DNA of 64,000 nt from Myxococcota bacterium. GTDB taxonomy: Bacteria; Myxococcota_A; UBA796; SXON01. The stretch lies in NCBI GenBank assembly GCA_040386535.1, contig JAZKFH010000038.1, positions 59,191 to 123,190 on the forward strand, in the 5' to 3' direction. Shown one piece after another: positions 9,226 through 21,371 of the stretch. The position numbers and the translations under genes are program-made. The notes under the pieces were generated by a model. It saw only the letters and a list, made by a program, of their open reading frames with translations. It was not told the DNA's origin and did not search any database. Position 1 is the stretch's first letter, and each line of letters begins with the position of its first letter.

Positions 9226-11097
9226 TCACTCCCGCAGGTACACCATCAGCCCGCCCGGCACGGTCGGCGCGCTGATCCAGAGGTCGGCGTCCCCGTCGCC
9301 GTCGGCGTCGTCGAACCGGGCGTCCTGGCCGAACAGATCGTCGGCCCCCTCGCTCGTGAACGTGGGGCGGCCGGCGCCGGGCGCGTGATCGCCGCCCGCG
9401 ACGAGATCGGGGCCCGCGACCCAGCCGCACGCCCCCACGATCGCGGAGAGGCCGTCGCCGGGGGCGCACACCAGCAGGTCGACGACGCTGTCGCCGTCGA
9501 GGTCGGCGTGGCTCGACGCGGCGCGCAGGGCGCCGAGGTCCGTGACGCCGGAGACCGTGGCGAACGCCTGCGCGGCCACCTCCCCGCCGACCAGCGCGGC
9601 GGGGCCGCCGACCACCCACACCTTGCCCGCCGCGGCGCCGCCCCCGTCGGCCTCCCAGTCGGAGACGAGCAGCTCGTCGTAGCCGTCGCCGTCGAGGTCG
9701 GGCGCGCCCGCCAGCAGCAGGTGGCCGGTGAAGCCGGAGAGGCTCGGCCCCGTGGTGTCGCCCATCGCGACGTCGGCGCCCGGGTACAGGTAGGTGCGGG
9801 GGTTGGCCTCGAACCCGCTCGTCGCGACGCCGATCTCGTGGATGCCGTCGCCGTCGAGGTCACCGAGCACGGTGGTGTCGTACAGATCGCCGGTGGTGTC
9901 CACCGACCAGGCGGCGGCGTCCGTGGTCAGGCTCCCGGTGAGCGCGGCCCCTGGGAAGAGGCCGAGGTAGCCGCCGCCGTCCGTCACCTCGAAGCTCGAC
10001 ACCAGGAGCGACGGGGTGCCCGCCGCGTCCGCCCACGGCGCGAGATCGCCGCCGAGGAAGTAGAGGTCCGCGGTGATCGTCGCGACCGCATCCGTGGTAG
10101 CGAGCGCCGCGCCGCCGGTCAGGTCCGCCACGTCGAACAGGAACACCGAGCGGGAGCCGGGCCCCCCGATGACCACGAGACGCCCGCCGGGCCCTTCGAC
10201 GGCGGAGACCGCGGCGCCCAGGTAGGCGCCCGTGTCGCCGGTGATCGAGGCGAGCGCGGTGGCGGCGGGATCCTCGAGCCCGGCGGCGTAGGGGAGCACG
10301 TAGGCCCGGCCCCTGTCGTCGTCGTAGCCGGGCACGCCCACGAGCATGTCGAGGCGGCCGTCTCCGTCCAGGTCGCCCAGCGGGGCGAACGCGGCGCCGA
10401 AGGCGGCGTCCCCAGCCGTGTCGTCGCCGAACCACCGGCCGCTGGTGTGGAAGGTCGTGAGCGCGTCGATGCCGTCGACGCAGTCGTTGTCGAGGCCGTC
10501 CCATCGCTCCACGGCCGCCGCGTTGATCGTGGGATCGAGGTCGTCGCAGTCGGTCCCGCCGCTCGCGACGGTGGGCTCGCCGTCCGCGTCCTGGTCGAAG
10601 TCGTCCTCGCCGTCACAGTCGCTGTCGACGCCGTCGTACCAGGCGTCCGCGGCGCCGGGGTTGATCGTCGGGTCCTCGTCGGCGCAGTCCGCGGAGAGCT
10701 CGAAGCCGTCGGCGTCGCAGTCGTACTGGCTCCAGTTCACGCCGACGCACGTCTCGTCGAGCAGGTTGTAGCAGACGACGGCCGCGCCCGGGTGCACCTC
10801 GGGGTTGGAGTCGTTGCAGTCGTCTCCGCCGCCGGCTTCCCCCACGAACCCGTCGCCGTCGACGTCGTTCACGTCCACGCCGTCGCAATCCTGGTCCACG
10901 CCGTCGTACGCGGCCTCGCGCGCGCCCGGGTAGGTGTCCGGGTCGGCGTCGTCGCAGTCGGCACCCTCGGGAACGCCGTCCCCGTCGGCATCCACGAGCG
11001 GCGGGTCGGTGTCCGGGGCCGTGTCCCCGCTGTCGTCCTTGCCGCCGTCACACGCGAACAGCGACAGCACCAACAGCGAGCTCATCCGCGTCATCAT
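9226..11097 (-). CDS. Lipoprotein with acidic Cys metal-binding (MopE-like) repeats and FG-GAP repeats
   Basis: Lipobox LFAC; DCDDxDPxxxPGAxExxYDGVDQDCDG repeats; DLDGDG FG-GAP motifs. Confidence 0.85.
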   Translation of the reverse strand: MMTRMSSLLVLSLFACDGGKDDSGDTAPDTDPPLVDADGDGVPEGADCDDADPDTYPGAREAAYDGVDQDCDGVDVNDVDGDGFVGEAGGGDDCNDSNPEVHPGAAVVCYNLLDETCVGVNWSQYDCDADGFELSADCADEDPTINPGAADAWYDGVDSDCDGEDDFDQDADGEPTVASGGTDCDDLDPTINAAAVERWDGLDNDCVDGIDALTTFHTSGRWFGDDTAGDAAFGAAFAPLGDLDGDGRLDMLVGVPGYDDDRGRAYVLPYAAGLEDPAATALASITGDTGAYLGAAVSAVEGPGGRLVVIGGPGSRSVFLFDVADLTGGAALATTDAVATITADLYFLGGDLAPWADAAGTPSLLVSSFEVTDGGGYLGLFPGAALTGSLTTDAAAWSVDTTGDLYDTTVLGDLDGDGIHEIGVATSGFEANPRTYLYPGADVAMGDTTGPSLSGFTGHLLLAGAPDLDGDGYDELLVSDWEADGGGAAAGKVWVVGGPAALVGGEVAAQAFATVSGVTDLGALRAASSHADLDGDSVVDLLVCAPGDGLSAIVGACGWVAGPDLVAGGDHAPGAGRPTFTSEGADDLFGQDARFDDADGDGDADLWISAPTVPGGLMVYLRE

Positions 11098-11108
11098 CGG
11101 GGCCTCGT

Positions 11109-12056
11109 TCAGCGGCCCACGCGCCGCCAGATGTCGGGAAGATACCGCAGGGTGGCGTACACGCGCCGGGTGATCGCGAGCGGGAGCGCCGGCGTGCCCA
11201 GCCACGCCTCGCCCGCCGGGATGCGTCCGTGCACGCCGCTCTGGGCACCGATGCGGGCGCCGGGCCCGATCTCCGCGTGGTCCGCCACGCCCACCTGCCC
11301 GCCCAACACCGCGCCGTCGCCGACGGTCACCGAGCCCGACAGGCCGGTCTGCGCGGCGACGATCACGGCGCGTCCGAGGGTGACGTTGTGGCCGACGTGC
11401 ACGAGCGCGTCGAGTCGGCAGCCGTCGCCGAGGGTGGTGTCGACGAGAAAGCCTCGGTCGATCGTGCAGCCGGGGCCGATCTCCACGTGGTCGCCGACGG
11501 TCACGCCGGCCACGTGGGGCACCCGGAGCAGGGCGACGCGCCCGTCGGGACCGGCGCTGGGGTGGTAGCGGAAGCCGTCGGCGCCGAGCACCGCGCCGGC
11601 GTGGACGCGACAGCCCTGCCCGATGCGTGTGCGCGGGTAGAGGACCACGTTCGGAAACAGCACGGTGCCGTCGCCCACGACGCAGTCCGCGCCCACGACG
11701 ACGCCGGGGTGGAGCGTCGCGGCGCCGACGTGCGCGGTGGGATGCACGAACGCCCCGGGGTGCGTGGGCGAGGGCGGCGCCACCGCAGGCGTGGCCTCCT
11801 CGGGGAACGAGGCAGCGAGCACACGAACGAGGGCGGCGAGCGGATCCGCGACGACGATGGTGGTGGCGCCTGCGAGAGGGGCGCGCGCGAGGTGCACGCC
11901 CGCCAGCCCGCGCGTGCCGCGGTCGAGGTAGGCGAGGGCGTCGGGGCCCGCGGTGTCGAGCGGGGACACGCGGATGACGGGGCGATCGGGCCCATCGAGC
12001 ACGCCCCCGACCAGGGCGGCGATCGTGGCGGCGGTGGTGGGGACGGGGAGGCGCAT
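11109..12056 (-). CDS. lpxD: UDP-3-O-acylglucosamine N-acyltransferase
   Basis: Hexapeptide repeats; GADGFRY, TIDRG and VHVGHNV motifs. Confidence 0.88.
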   Translation of the reverse strand: MRLPVPTTAATIAALVGGVLDGPDRPVIRVSPLDTAGPDALAYLDRGTRGLAGVHLARAPLAGATTIVVADPLAALVRVLAASFPEEATPAVAPPSPTHPGAFVHPTAHVGAATLHPGVVVGADCVVGDGTVLFPNVVLYPRTRIGQGCRVHAGAVLGADGFRYHPSAGPDGRVALLRVPHVAGVTVGDHVEIGPGCTIDRGFLVDTTLGDGCRLDALVHVGHNVTLGRAVIVAAQTGLSGSVTVGDGAVLGGQVGVADHAEIGPGARIGAQSGVHGRIPAGEAWLGTPALPLAITRRVYATLRYLPDIWRRVGR

Positions 12057-12117
12057 GGCGCGAACGTAGCCGGGAAAGGGAGGAGACATCCGGTCGTGCG
12101 TGGCGTATGGTCCCGGA

Positions 12118-13095
12118 ATGCGTGCACTCTTCCTCGCTCTTCCGCACCTCGTCGGTTGCCTCTCCGAAGGGGCCAGCGCGCTCCCCACCCCGAAGGATCA
12201 CGTCGTCGACGCGTTTGTCGCCGCCTCGCCCACCGAGGTGGACGTGCTCTGGGTCATCGACGACTCGGTCTCGATGATCCGCGTGCAGGACACGTTGGCG
12301 AGCGCGGTCGAAGGCTTCTTCGAGGGGTACGGCGCGGCGGACGTGCACGTGGGCTTGACGACGACCGATCTCGACGACGAGAGCGCCGGCGTCGTCACCT
12401 GGACGGATGGCGATTGCCTCGCGGACGAGGAGTGCCTGGGGATGTGGCAGGCCACCCTGCAGGTGGGCAACGCCGGAGACGACCAGGAGCGCGGGCTCGG
12501 CGCGGGCCTGGCCGCCTGGTCCTCGCCGCTGGTCGACACGACCAACGCGGGCTTTGCCCGGGAAGGCGCGCGGCACGTCCTCGCCGTCGTGAGCGACGAG
12601 GAGGACTGCACCGGCGGCACCGGGGCCACGGGCGAGAGCTGCTACGACATGGCGACGCTCGCGCCGAGCCCGCTGCTCACCCCGATAGACGACGTGCTCC
12701 TGGCCTTCCACGCGCTCGATCCCGCGGGGGAGCTGCAGGTGTCCGGCATCTTCGGCACCTCGCCCTATAGCTGCGACTTCGCCGTTCCGAGCGTGCGCTA
12801 CCTCGAGGCCGTCGTCCGCACCGGCGGGTCGGCGCGGGACATCTGCGGCCTCGCGACGGACGTGGAGGCGTCGCTCGCCGACATCGCGACGAGCGCCGTC
12901 GCCGTCTCCGACCGGTTCCGCCTCACGGAGGCGGCCGACCCGGCCTCCCTCGACGTCGTCGTGGACGGGCTCTCCGTCAGCGAGGACGCCACGAACGGCT
13001 GGACCTACGACGCGGCATTGTGGATGGTCGTGCTGCACGGCACCGCGCGCCCTGGCGAGGGCGTCACGGTCACCGTGGACTACACGCCGCTGTAG
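12118..13095 (+). CDS. vWA-like lipoprotein
   Basis: Lipobox LVGC; VDVLWVIDDSVSM (MIDAS-like DxSxS) and VVSDEED. Confidence 0.7.
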   Translation: MRALFLALPHLVGCLSEGASALPTPKDHVVDAFVAASPTEVDVLWVIDDSVSMIRVQDTLASAVEGFFEGYGAADVHVGLTTTDLDDESAGVVTWTDGDCLADEECLGMWQATLQVGNAGDDQERGLGAGLAAWSSPLVDTTNAGFAREGARHVLAVVSDEEDCTGGTGATGESCYDMATLAPSPLLTPIDDVLLAFHALDPAGELQVSGIFGTSPYSCDFAVPSVRYLEAVVRTGGSARDICGLATDVEASLADIATSAVAVSDRFRLTEAADPASLDVVVDGLSVSEDATNGWTYDAALWMVVLHGTARPGEGVTVTVDYTPL

Positions 13096-13112
13096 GCGCG
13101 CCCCGCCGTCCC

Positions 13113-13736
13113 CTACGCGTCCGCGTGCTCCAACGGCGAGGGCCCGGCGTCTTCGGTCTCGCCGTCCTTCTGGAACCACGAGCCCAGCAGGTACAGGCCC
13201 ACCCCCACGAAGATGGCGGCGTCGGCCCAGTTGAACGTGTACCACTCGTTCGTGCCGATGGCGCTGATCATCCAGGTGCGGAGCGGCTCGGGGTCGACGA
13301 TGACCTTGATCATGTCGGTGACCGTGCCCTTGTGTGCGCGATCGATGGCGTTGCCGAGCGCGCCAGAGAGGATGAGACCGATGACGGCGGCCTGGAGCCG
13401 GTCGGTGTCGGGCAACGCCCGGTACATCCAGACGAGCACGGACACGGCGACCACCGTGAACAGGCCGAAGACGAGCATCCGGTACTCGAAGCCGAGCATC
13501 ATCCCCATCGCCGCGGCGGGGTTCTGCGCATGCACGAATTCGAGCAGCCGCGGCACCACGACCAGCTCGGTCGGGTGGGACGCCGAGTGGCCCAGCGAGT
13601 CCAGGCCCGCCGTGGCGCGCGCGTCGAGCCGGGGACCCCGGTAGGCGAGGTTCGCGACGGTCCACACCTTGGAGGCCTGGTCGACGAACAACGAGGACAG
13701 GAGCACGGCGAGCAGGACGCGGAGCTTGGGCGGCAT
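13113..13736 (-). CDS. lspA: Lipoprotein signal peptidase II
   Basis: DQASK, NPAAAMG, GALGNAIDR and FNWAD motifs. Confidence 0.9.
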   Translation of the reverse strand: MPPKLRVLLAVLLSSLFVDQASKVWTVANLAYRGPRLDARATAGLDSLGHSASHPTELVVVPRLLEFVHAQNPAAAMGMMLGFEYRMLVFGLFTVVAVSVLVWMYRALPDTDRLQAAVIGLILSGALGNAIDRAHKGTVTDMIKVIVDPEPLRTWMISAIGTNEWYTFNWADAAIFVGVGLYLLGSWFQKDGETEDAGPSPLEHADA

Positions 13737-13846
13737 GGCTCCCGTTCTACCGGCAGATCGGGGGGAGCGCGAGGGCCGATCGTCGGCCCTTGCAACTCCT
13801 TACCAGCTCGCGCCTCGGGCTTGCCCGTTGGCGCCTCGGGCGTGAA

Positions 13847-15667
<1,821 letters not shown>

Positions 15668-15736
15668 TGAGCGCTCCGAAGCGGGCCGCCCTATTGCCCC
15701 GCCCAGCGCCCCGGGTCAAGCGACGGCTCTACTTGT

Positions 15737-17353
15737 TCAAATGCTGAACGGGTAGGTGACCGTGACCGGATCTCCGTCGAACGACGGGAACTGGATGGAC
15801 TTGACCGCGCCGGAAAGACAGGAGTCGAAGGTCGAACCCTGGAGGTCCCCGCTCGGCAGGCTGGCGCTCGACACCTTGCCCGAGGGCTGGATCGTCAGCT
15901 TGACCTTCACGCCCCGGGGGAGCTCGCCCGTCTCGTTGCGCTGCTGCACGAAGCAGGACTTCACGCCCTTGTTGCTCTTGATCATCGTGTCGATGACCAT
16001 CGGCGAGACACCGGACGGGGCCGCCGAGGCGGTCGAGGCCGTGCTGCCCGACGAGCTGCTCTTCGTCGACGAGCCCGAGGTGCTCCCGCTCGTGGAGGCC
16101 GAGCTGGTCTTGCTGGAGGAGGTCGAGCTGGTCGAGCTGGTCGCCTTCGGGGTGATCCGCTCGGGCGTCTCCGAGGCGGTGCTCGTGCTCGCGGGCTTCG
16201 ACGATGTCGTCTTCGAATTCGACGCGGTCGAGGTCGAGGTGGGCTTGGAGGTCGAGGTGGCGGCCGGGGCCGTGGCCTTGACGGGGGCGGCGGGCACGGG
16301 CGCGGCGGGGGGAGGCTCGACGGGGGCCACCACCGCCACGGGCTCGGCGGGAGGCGGCTCGACGGGCGCCACGACCGCCACGAGCTCGGCGGGAGGCGGC
16401 TCGACGGGCGTCACGACCGCGACGGGCTCGGGGACGACCGGGACGACCACGGGCGGCGTGACCGCAGCCATCGGCACCACGGCGGGCGCGGGGGTGAGGA
16501 AGAAGAGCCCGAGGCCCACGACCGCGCCGAACCCGCCCGAGAGCACGAGGCCGCCGAGGAACGAGATCGCGAGGCTGGCGGCGCGGGTGCCCCGCCCGCC
16601 GGTCACCAGGATGAGCGCCACGACGAAGGTGCCGAAGAGCGCGAGGAACGCGCCGAGGCCCGTCACCACGGCGCTCTGGAACCACGAGGAGAGCGCCAGC
16701 ACCAGGACGCCGAGCACGGTCACGAGCAGCGCGACGAGCGCCATCGACAGATCCGTGCGGGGATCGAACGCGCCGAGCGCGGGGGCCGACGGCGTGCCGT
16801 CGACCGGGGGGAGCGCGGCGGCCGGGGGCGGGAACGCCGGGCGCACCGGGGCCGGCGGCGGGAAGGCGGCGAGCTGCGCCGAGGGCGAGATGGCCGGGCC
16901 CGGGACGTGCGGCGCGGGCCGAGGCGGGGGGGGCGGCGGCGCGTCCACGTGCGCGGGGCGCGCGAGGGCCGGCGGGGGCGGGAACGCCGGCGAGGCAGGC
17001 ACGAACGCGTTGGGCGGCGGGAACGCCGCGGGGGCGAGCGGCTCGCGCGGCACGGTGGCCTCGCCGTGGTTGTCGAGAGACACCGTGGTGGGGCGCTGGT
17101 CCGCGGGCTCGTCGTAGCCGCTTCCGGCGCGTGAACGCACCGCGCGTTCGAGATCGGCGGCGCTCGTGATCAACGTGCGCTCCTCGCCGTGGGGCGAAGG
17201 GGGCGGGGCCGCGGGCCGGGCTTCTTCCTCACCGGCGCGCTTGATGAAGATCGCGTGCCCGCACTTGCGACAGGTGGCCTTGTTGACCTCCTTGGTGAGC
17301 TTTGAATCGGGGATTTTGTACGAAGCCCCGCAATTGTCGCAAACTACGCGCAT
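15737..17353 (-). CDS. Zinc-ribbon (MJ0042-type) membrane protein with AgmX/TonB-like C-terminal domain
   Basis: CDNC...CRKC N-terminus, Pro-rich linker, about 3 TM, C-terminus GKVSSAS...FDSCL...IQFP...VTYPF. Confidence 0.8.
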   Translation of the reverse strand: MRVVCDNCGASYKIPDSKLTKEVNKATCRKCGHAIFIKRAGEEEARPAAPPPSPHGEERTLITSAADLERAVRSRAGSGYDEPADQRPTTVSLDNHGEATVPREPLAPAAFPPPNAFVPASPAFPPPPALARPAHVDAPPPPPPRPAPHVPGPAISPSAQLAAFPPPAPVRPAFPPPAAALPPVDGTPSAPALGAFDPRTDLSMALVALLVTVLGVLVLALSSWFQSAVVTGLGAFLALFGTFVVALILVTGGRGTRAASLAISFLGGLVLSGGFGAVVGLGLFFLTPAPAVVPMAAVTPPVVVPVVPEPVAVVTPVEPPPAELVAVVAPVEPPPAEPVAVVAPVEPPPAAPVPAAPVKATAPAATSTSKPTSTSTASNSKTTSSKPASTSTASETPERITPKATSSTSSTSSSKTSSASTSGSTSGSSTKSSSSGSTASTASAAPSGVSPMVIDTMIKSNKGVKSCFVQQRNETGELPRGVKVKLTIQPSGKVSSASLPSGDLQGSTFDSCLSGAVKSIQFPSFDGDPVTVTYPFSI

Positions 17354-17480
17354 GGCCGGTCCGGGTGTCGCCGGCGGGCCCCGGAGCGGGGCTCGGCCGG
17401 GCGAGAATCGCTATTGGTAGGAAGTCCCGGCCCCGATGTCAATGTTCCGCCCAGACGAGGGTCGGCATGGCCGGCACGTC

Positions 17481-17915
17481 CTACGCGGACACGGGCTCCA
17501 GCAGGGCCTTCAACTCGGCCGGCAGCACCGCGCGCACGTCTTCGAGCTCACCCGGAGTGACGTGGCGTAGGAGCGCGGAAAAAACCGCTCTACACGCGCG
17601 CTCCGCGTCCACCGGCGCGCGCCCGTCCAGCTGGTCCTGCACCCGGTTCAGGAAGTCTTTTCGGGTGCGGTACGTCGCGGGCGCCCCGGGCCGCCACCCC
17701 TCGTAGAAGAGCCCCCGCACGAGCAGCGGGAGTTGCGCCGCGAGGTGCGCGACCTCGGTGATCGGCATGCGGTCCCGCAAGGTGCTGGTCACGGCGTGCA
17801 GGGCATGCCAGGCATGCACGCGTTCGTTGGTGCCGAGATCGGTCATGATCTCCAGCAGCCACTCGTTCGTCAGGTGGATCGTCCGATCGAAGACCTCGAG
17901 CCCCATCGCCGGCAT
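17481..17915 (-). CDS. DUF2267 family protein
   Basis: TNEWL...LRDRM...LAAQLPLLVRGLFYEGW pattern; GGAGG RBS. Confidence 0.85.
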   Translation of the reverse strand: MPAMGLEVFDRTIHLTNEWLLEIMTDLGTNERVHAWHALHAVTSTLRDRMPITEVAHLAAQLPLLVRGLFYEGWRPGAPATYRTRKDFLNRVQDQLDGRAPVDAERACRAVFSALLRHVTPGELEDVRAVLPAELKALLEPVSA

Positions 17916-17959
17916 GTCGCCCTCCACGTCTACCGAACGTAGGCGCCCGGGCCGCGGGA

Positions 17960-18781
17960 TCAGCGCGGGTTTCGCGAGACGTCATTCAGGGACCAATCGT
18001 AGTCGAGGTACGTCACCTCGATCGGCGCGGCACCGACGTTCGTGGCCGCGATACCCGCCGCCATCTCGGGCGGCGCGTACCGGGCCACGAACGTCGGGAC
18101 ATCTCCGGCGGCCTTCTGGAAGTCCGCGGCGTACCACTCGAAGATGCGGGAGAGGGCGAGGGTCCGGGTGGCCGGGTCCCAGCGGTTCTTGGTGGGGTCC
18201 GCGAGGAAGGCGCGCGTGGCGGCGTCGAGCGTGGCGTCCAGATCGTCCGCCCGCCACGCCCGGGACAGGAGCGCCGGGCAGCTCGTCGAGGCGCAGTTGA
18301 CCGCGAAGTGGACCCGCACCTCGCCGATCTCGCCGAGGAGGATTCCCTTCTCGATGTCGTCGAGGGAGAGCGGGGCGGGCCGGGCGCGGAGCGTCGCCAC
18401 GGGCTCGCGGAACGCCGCGTACGGGAGCAGGCCGATGGAGCGGATGCTGTCGATCGGCCGGTGATCGAGCACCACGCGCAGGGCCAGCGCGTTGTAGGCG
18501 TTGATCCAGAACGCGATGCGCTGCTCGCGCGTCCAGGCGGCCTCCTGCTCGCGGGTGGGCGTCGCGAGGGACGCGATGTACGCGTCGAGCGCGGGGCGCG
18601 CGGCGGCGAGGCCGTCATAGTCCACCTTCCCGGCGGTCACGTGGCGTGCGAGGAGCGCGTCGAAGGCGGCGTGGGTGTGGTCGAACGGGGCCGCCGTGGC
18701 GCCGTCATCCGACACCACGAGGGGGGGCAGCGGCGACGGGGCGGAGCATCCCAGCAACACGCCGAGGAGGAGCGCGATCAT
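17960..18781 (-). CDS. DUF547 domain lipoprotein
   Basis: Lipobox LLGC; AFWINAYNA, VHFAVNCASTSCP and YDWSLN motifs. Confidence 0.88.
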   Translation of the reverse strand: MIALLLGVLLGCSAPSPLPPLVVSDDGATAAPFDHTHAAFDALLARHVTAGKVDYDGLAAARPALDAYIASLATPTREQEAAWTREQRIAFWINAYNALALRVVLDHRPIDSIRSIGLLPYAAFREPVATLRARPAPLSLDDIEKGILLGEIGEVRVHFAVNCASTSCPALLSRAWRADDLDATLDAATRAFLADPTKNRWDPATRTLALSRIFEWYAADFQKAAGDVPTFVARYAPPEMAAGIAATNVGAAPIEVTYLDYDWSLNDVSRNPR

Positions 18782-19893
18782 TCGGCGGCGGGCACGGTGA
18801 CGGTGACGGTCCACCCGTCGGGCTCCTCCACGTACTCGACCGGCGGATCGAGGAGCGCGTACCAGATGCCGAACGCCCCCCCGCCCGCGACGGCCACGGC
18901 GCCGGTCCAGAACCACCAGCGCTGGGTGATCGGGCCCTCCGCGTAGCGCATCCCGCCGGCCTCCGACTTGCCGCTCGGCTTGCTCGCGCGGGTCACGGTG
19001 GTGCGGGGCGCGCTGGTTCGAGGGGTGCGAGCGGGGCGCGCCGCGACGGTGTCCTCCTCCTCGTCGAACTCCGGCGGCGGGCCGAGGTCGAGCTCGGGGT
19101 CCGGCTCGGGCTCGGGTAGCGGCGCGACCACGACGGCGGGCGCGGCGGTGCCGTCCGCGGCGAGGCTGCGCGCGATCTCGTTGTAGGCGGCGTCGACCGG
19201 GAGCGGCGGGCTCTCCTCGAGGTTCGCCTTGACCTCGGACACGAGGCGGTCGCCGGCGTACATCCGCGCGGACACCGCGCCGTCGGCGGCCACCCACCCG
19301 GTCACGACGTAGTCGACGCCGAGCTGCTCGGCGATGCGGCCGACCTCGTCATCCGGCCGGGTGCCGCGGGGGCCCTTGGCGAAGCTGTCCTCGGCGGACG
19401 CGAGCAGCGCCGCGGCGTCCGACGACATGCGGGTGCCGCGCTCCTTGGCGTACGCGGGCACGAGCCCCGCGGCCTCGGCGAAGCGGGTGCGCGCCTCGCC
19501 CGCCTGGCCGGTCTTGAGCAGGCACAGGCCGAGCAGGAACGTGGCGTCCGCGAGCTCGGAGCGGCGCCCCACGTCGGAGTAGGCGCTGTTGTGCAGCCGG
19601 ATGGCCTCGAGCAGCGGCGAGAGCGCGCCCGCGGCGTCCCCCGCCGTGTAGAGCCGACGCCCCTCGGACACCAGCTCGCGCGCGGTCCGAAGCGCGTCGT
19701 CCTGGCCCTTGGACACACCGTCCGCGATGTCGGAGCCGGAGAGCGGGTCGAGCGCGCCCTCCTCCAGGAACGCGTCACGAACGCCCTGGGCGGCGGTCTG
19801 CGCGTCGGAGAAGGAGAGGCCGTAGCCGTCGAAGTCGAGCACGGCGACGGTCGCGGCGGACGCGGTCTGCCACAGGAGCGCGAGCCAGATCAC
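18778..19893 (-). CDS. Secreted TPR-like protein with C-terminal WWFW membrane segment
   Basis: Signal peptide, helical repeats, WWFWTGAVAV tail; 4-nt overlaps with both neighbours. Confidence 0.7.
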   Translation of the reverse strand: MIWLALLWQTASAATVAVLDFDGYGLSFSDAQTAAQGVRDAFLEEGALDPLSGSDIADGVSKGQDDALRTARELVSEGRRLYTAGDAAGALSPLLEAIRLHNSAYSDVGRRSELADATFLLGLCLLKTGQAGEARTRFAEAAGLVPAYAKERGTRMSSDAAALLASAEDSFAKGPRGTRPDDEVGRIAEQLGVDYVVTGWVAADGAVSARMYAGDRLVSEVKANLEESPPLPVDAAYNEIARSLAADGTAAPAVVVAPLPEPEPDPELDLGPPPEFDEEEDTVAARPARTPRTSAPRTTVTRASKPSGKSEAGGMRYAEGPITQRWWFWTGAVAVAGGGAFGIWYALLDPPVEYVEEPDGWTVTVTVPAAE

Positions 19894-21371
19894 GACGCCA
19901 CCGTGCGGGCGCGGACGATGCGCGCGGCCTCGGCGGTGCGGCGGTCGGCGCCGGGGTCACGCGGGGCGAGCCCGTGCGGCACGATGCGGAGGAGCTTCCG
20001 GCCGAGCGAGCGGGCGCCCTGGGCGTTGCTCGCGGCGCGCATCACCGAGCGCCACCGCAGGGGGTGGCCGTAGAAGCGGAGGTAGGCGAATCGTTGGATC
20101 ATGCGGAGCTCGAAGCGCGAGATCTCACCCTCGAAGGGCTGCCGCGCGTAGTAGTCGTAGTCGGTGTAGTCCGAGGACATCTCGTAGCCCTCGTCGATCA
20201 TCTTGCGCCAGAGGTCGGTGCCCGGGATGGGGACGAAGAGCGAGAAGCTCGCCTCGTCGGCGGGGAGCCTCGTAGCCATCTCGATGGTCGCGAGCATCTC
20301 CGCGCGGGTCTCGCCGGGCGCGCCGAGCATGAGGAACAGGAGCGTCGAGACCCCGTGCTCCTTCGCCACGCGCACGGTGTGGTCGATCGCCTCGGCGGTG
20401 ACCCCCTTCTTGTAGATCCCCTCGCGGATGTGCTCGGTGGCGCTCTCCATGCCGATGCCGACCTTGCGCAGCCCCACGTCCGCCATCGTCCGCATCAGCT
20501 CCGGCGCGATCAGGTTCGCGCGCGTGGTGCAGCCCCAGAACAGCGTCAGGCCGGTCTCCTTCAGCAGGCGGCAGAACTCCGTCACCCACTTCCGGTTCGT
20601 GGTGAACGTGTCGTCGGTGAACCAGAAACCCTCGATGCCGTAGCGGCGGTGCAGCTCCACGATCTCGCCCACCACGTGCCCGGGGGAGCGCGCGCGCAAC
20701 TTCTTGCCGAACATCGCGTCGAGCACGGGCTGGCAGAAGCTGCACTCGTAGGGGCAGCCGCGGCTCGCCATCAGGTTCACCCCGCGCAGGCCGGGCCGGA
20801 AGCTGTCGAGCTGCCCCCACGCCGCGAGGTAGGCCTCCATGTCCAGCAGCTCCCACGCGGGGAGCGGCAGGGTGTCGAGGTCCTTGATGCCCGCGCGGCG
20901 CTTGCGCTCGTGGATCGTGGCGCCCTCCTTCGTCCAGCAGCCCTCGACCGGGCCGCTCCCGCCCGCGAGCCACTGCTCCAGCAACGCGACGGTCGACTCC
21001 TCCCCCTCGCCGAGCACCACCGCGTCCACGGTGTCGAGCGCCATGAGGGCCGCCGGGTCCGTCGTGGGGTGCGGCCCGCCCACGAACACCCGCAAGCCGC
21101 GCGCTTTCGCCATCCGCGCGGCCTCGAGCCCCTCGCCGAGCATGAGCGTGGACATCCCGATGCCGACGTAGTCGGGCTTCTCGCGGTCGAGGAAGGCCTC
21201 GATGAGCTCCAGGCGCGGGTCGAACGTCGCGTCGCAGATCACCACGTCGACCGGGAGCTTCTCGCGCAGGTACGCGGCGAGCGTGGCGAGGCCGAGCGGA
21301 TAGTCGCCGGAGGGGTAGCGGAAGCGGGGGAAGAGGAGGGCGATCTTGGTCTTCACGGGCGGGGCCTTCAT
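19890..21371 (-). CDS. Cobalamin-binding radical SAM protein (class B methyltransferase-like)
   Basis: PLGLATLAA and GGPHPT B12-domain motifs; SRGCPYECSFC; DDTF; GMES. Confidence 0.9.
   Translation of the reverse strand: MKAPPVKTKIALLFPRFRYPSGDYPLGLATLAAYLREKLPVDVVICDATFDPRLELIEAFLDREKPDYVGIGMSTLMLGEGLEAARMAKARGLRVFVGGPHPTTDPAALMALDTVDAVVLGEGEESTVALLEQWLAGGSGPVEGCWTKEGATIHERKRRAGIKDLDTLPLPAWELLDMEAYLAAWGQLDSFRPGLRGVNLMASRGCPYECSFCQPVLDAMFGKKLRARSPGHVVGEIVELHRRYGIEGFWFTDDTFTTNRKWVTEFCRLLKETGLTLFWGCTTRANLIAPELMRTMADVGLRKVGIGMESATEHIREGIYKKGVTAEAIDHTVRVAKEHGVSTLLFLMLGAPGETRAEMLATIEMATRLPADEASFSLFVPIPGTDLWRKMIDEGYEMSSDYTDYDYYARQPFEGEISRFELRMIQRFAYLRFYGHPLRWRSVMRAASNAQGARSLGRKLLRIVPHGLAPRDPGADRRTAEAARIVRARTVAS

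Noticed and set aside
9226..13665. 1479-aa ORF as a single giant protein
   Set aside because: The upstream part is an Arg-rich shadow frame overlapping lpxD, the vWA lipoprotein and lspA; the real gene starts near 11097.
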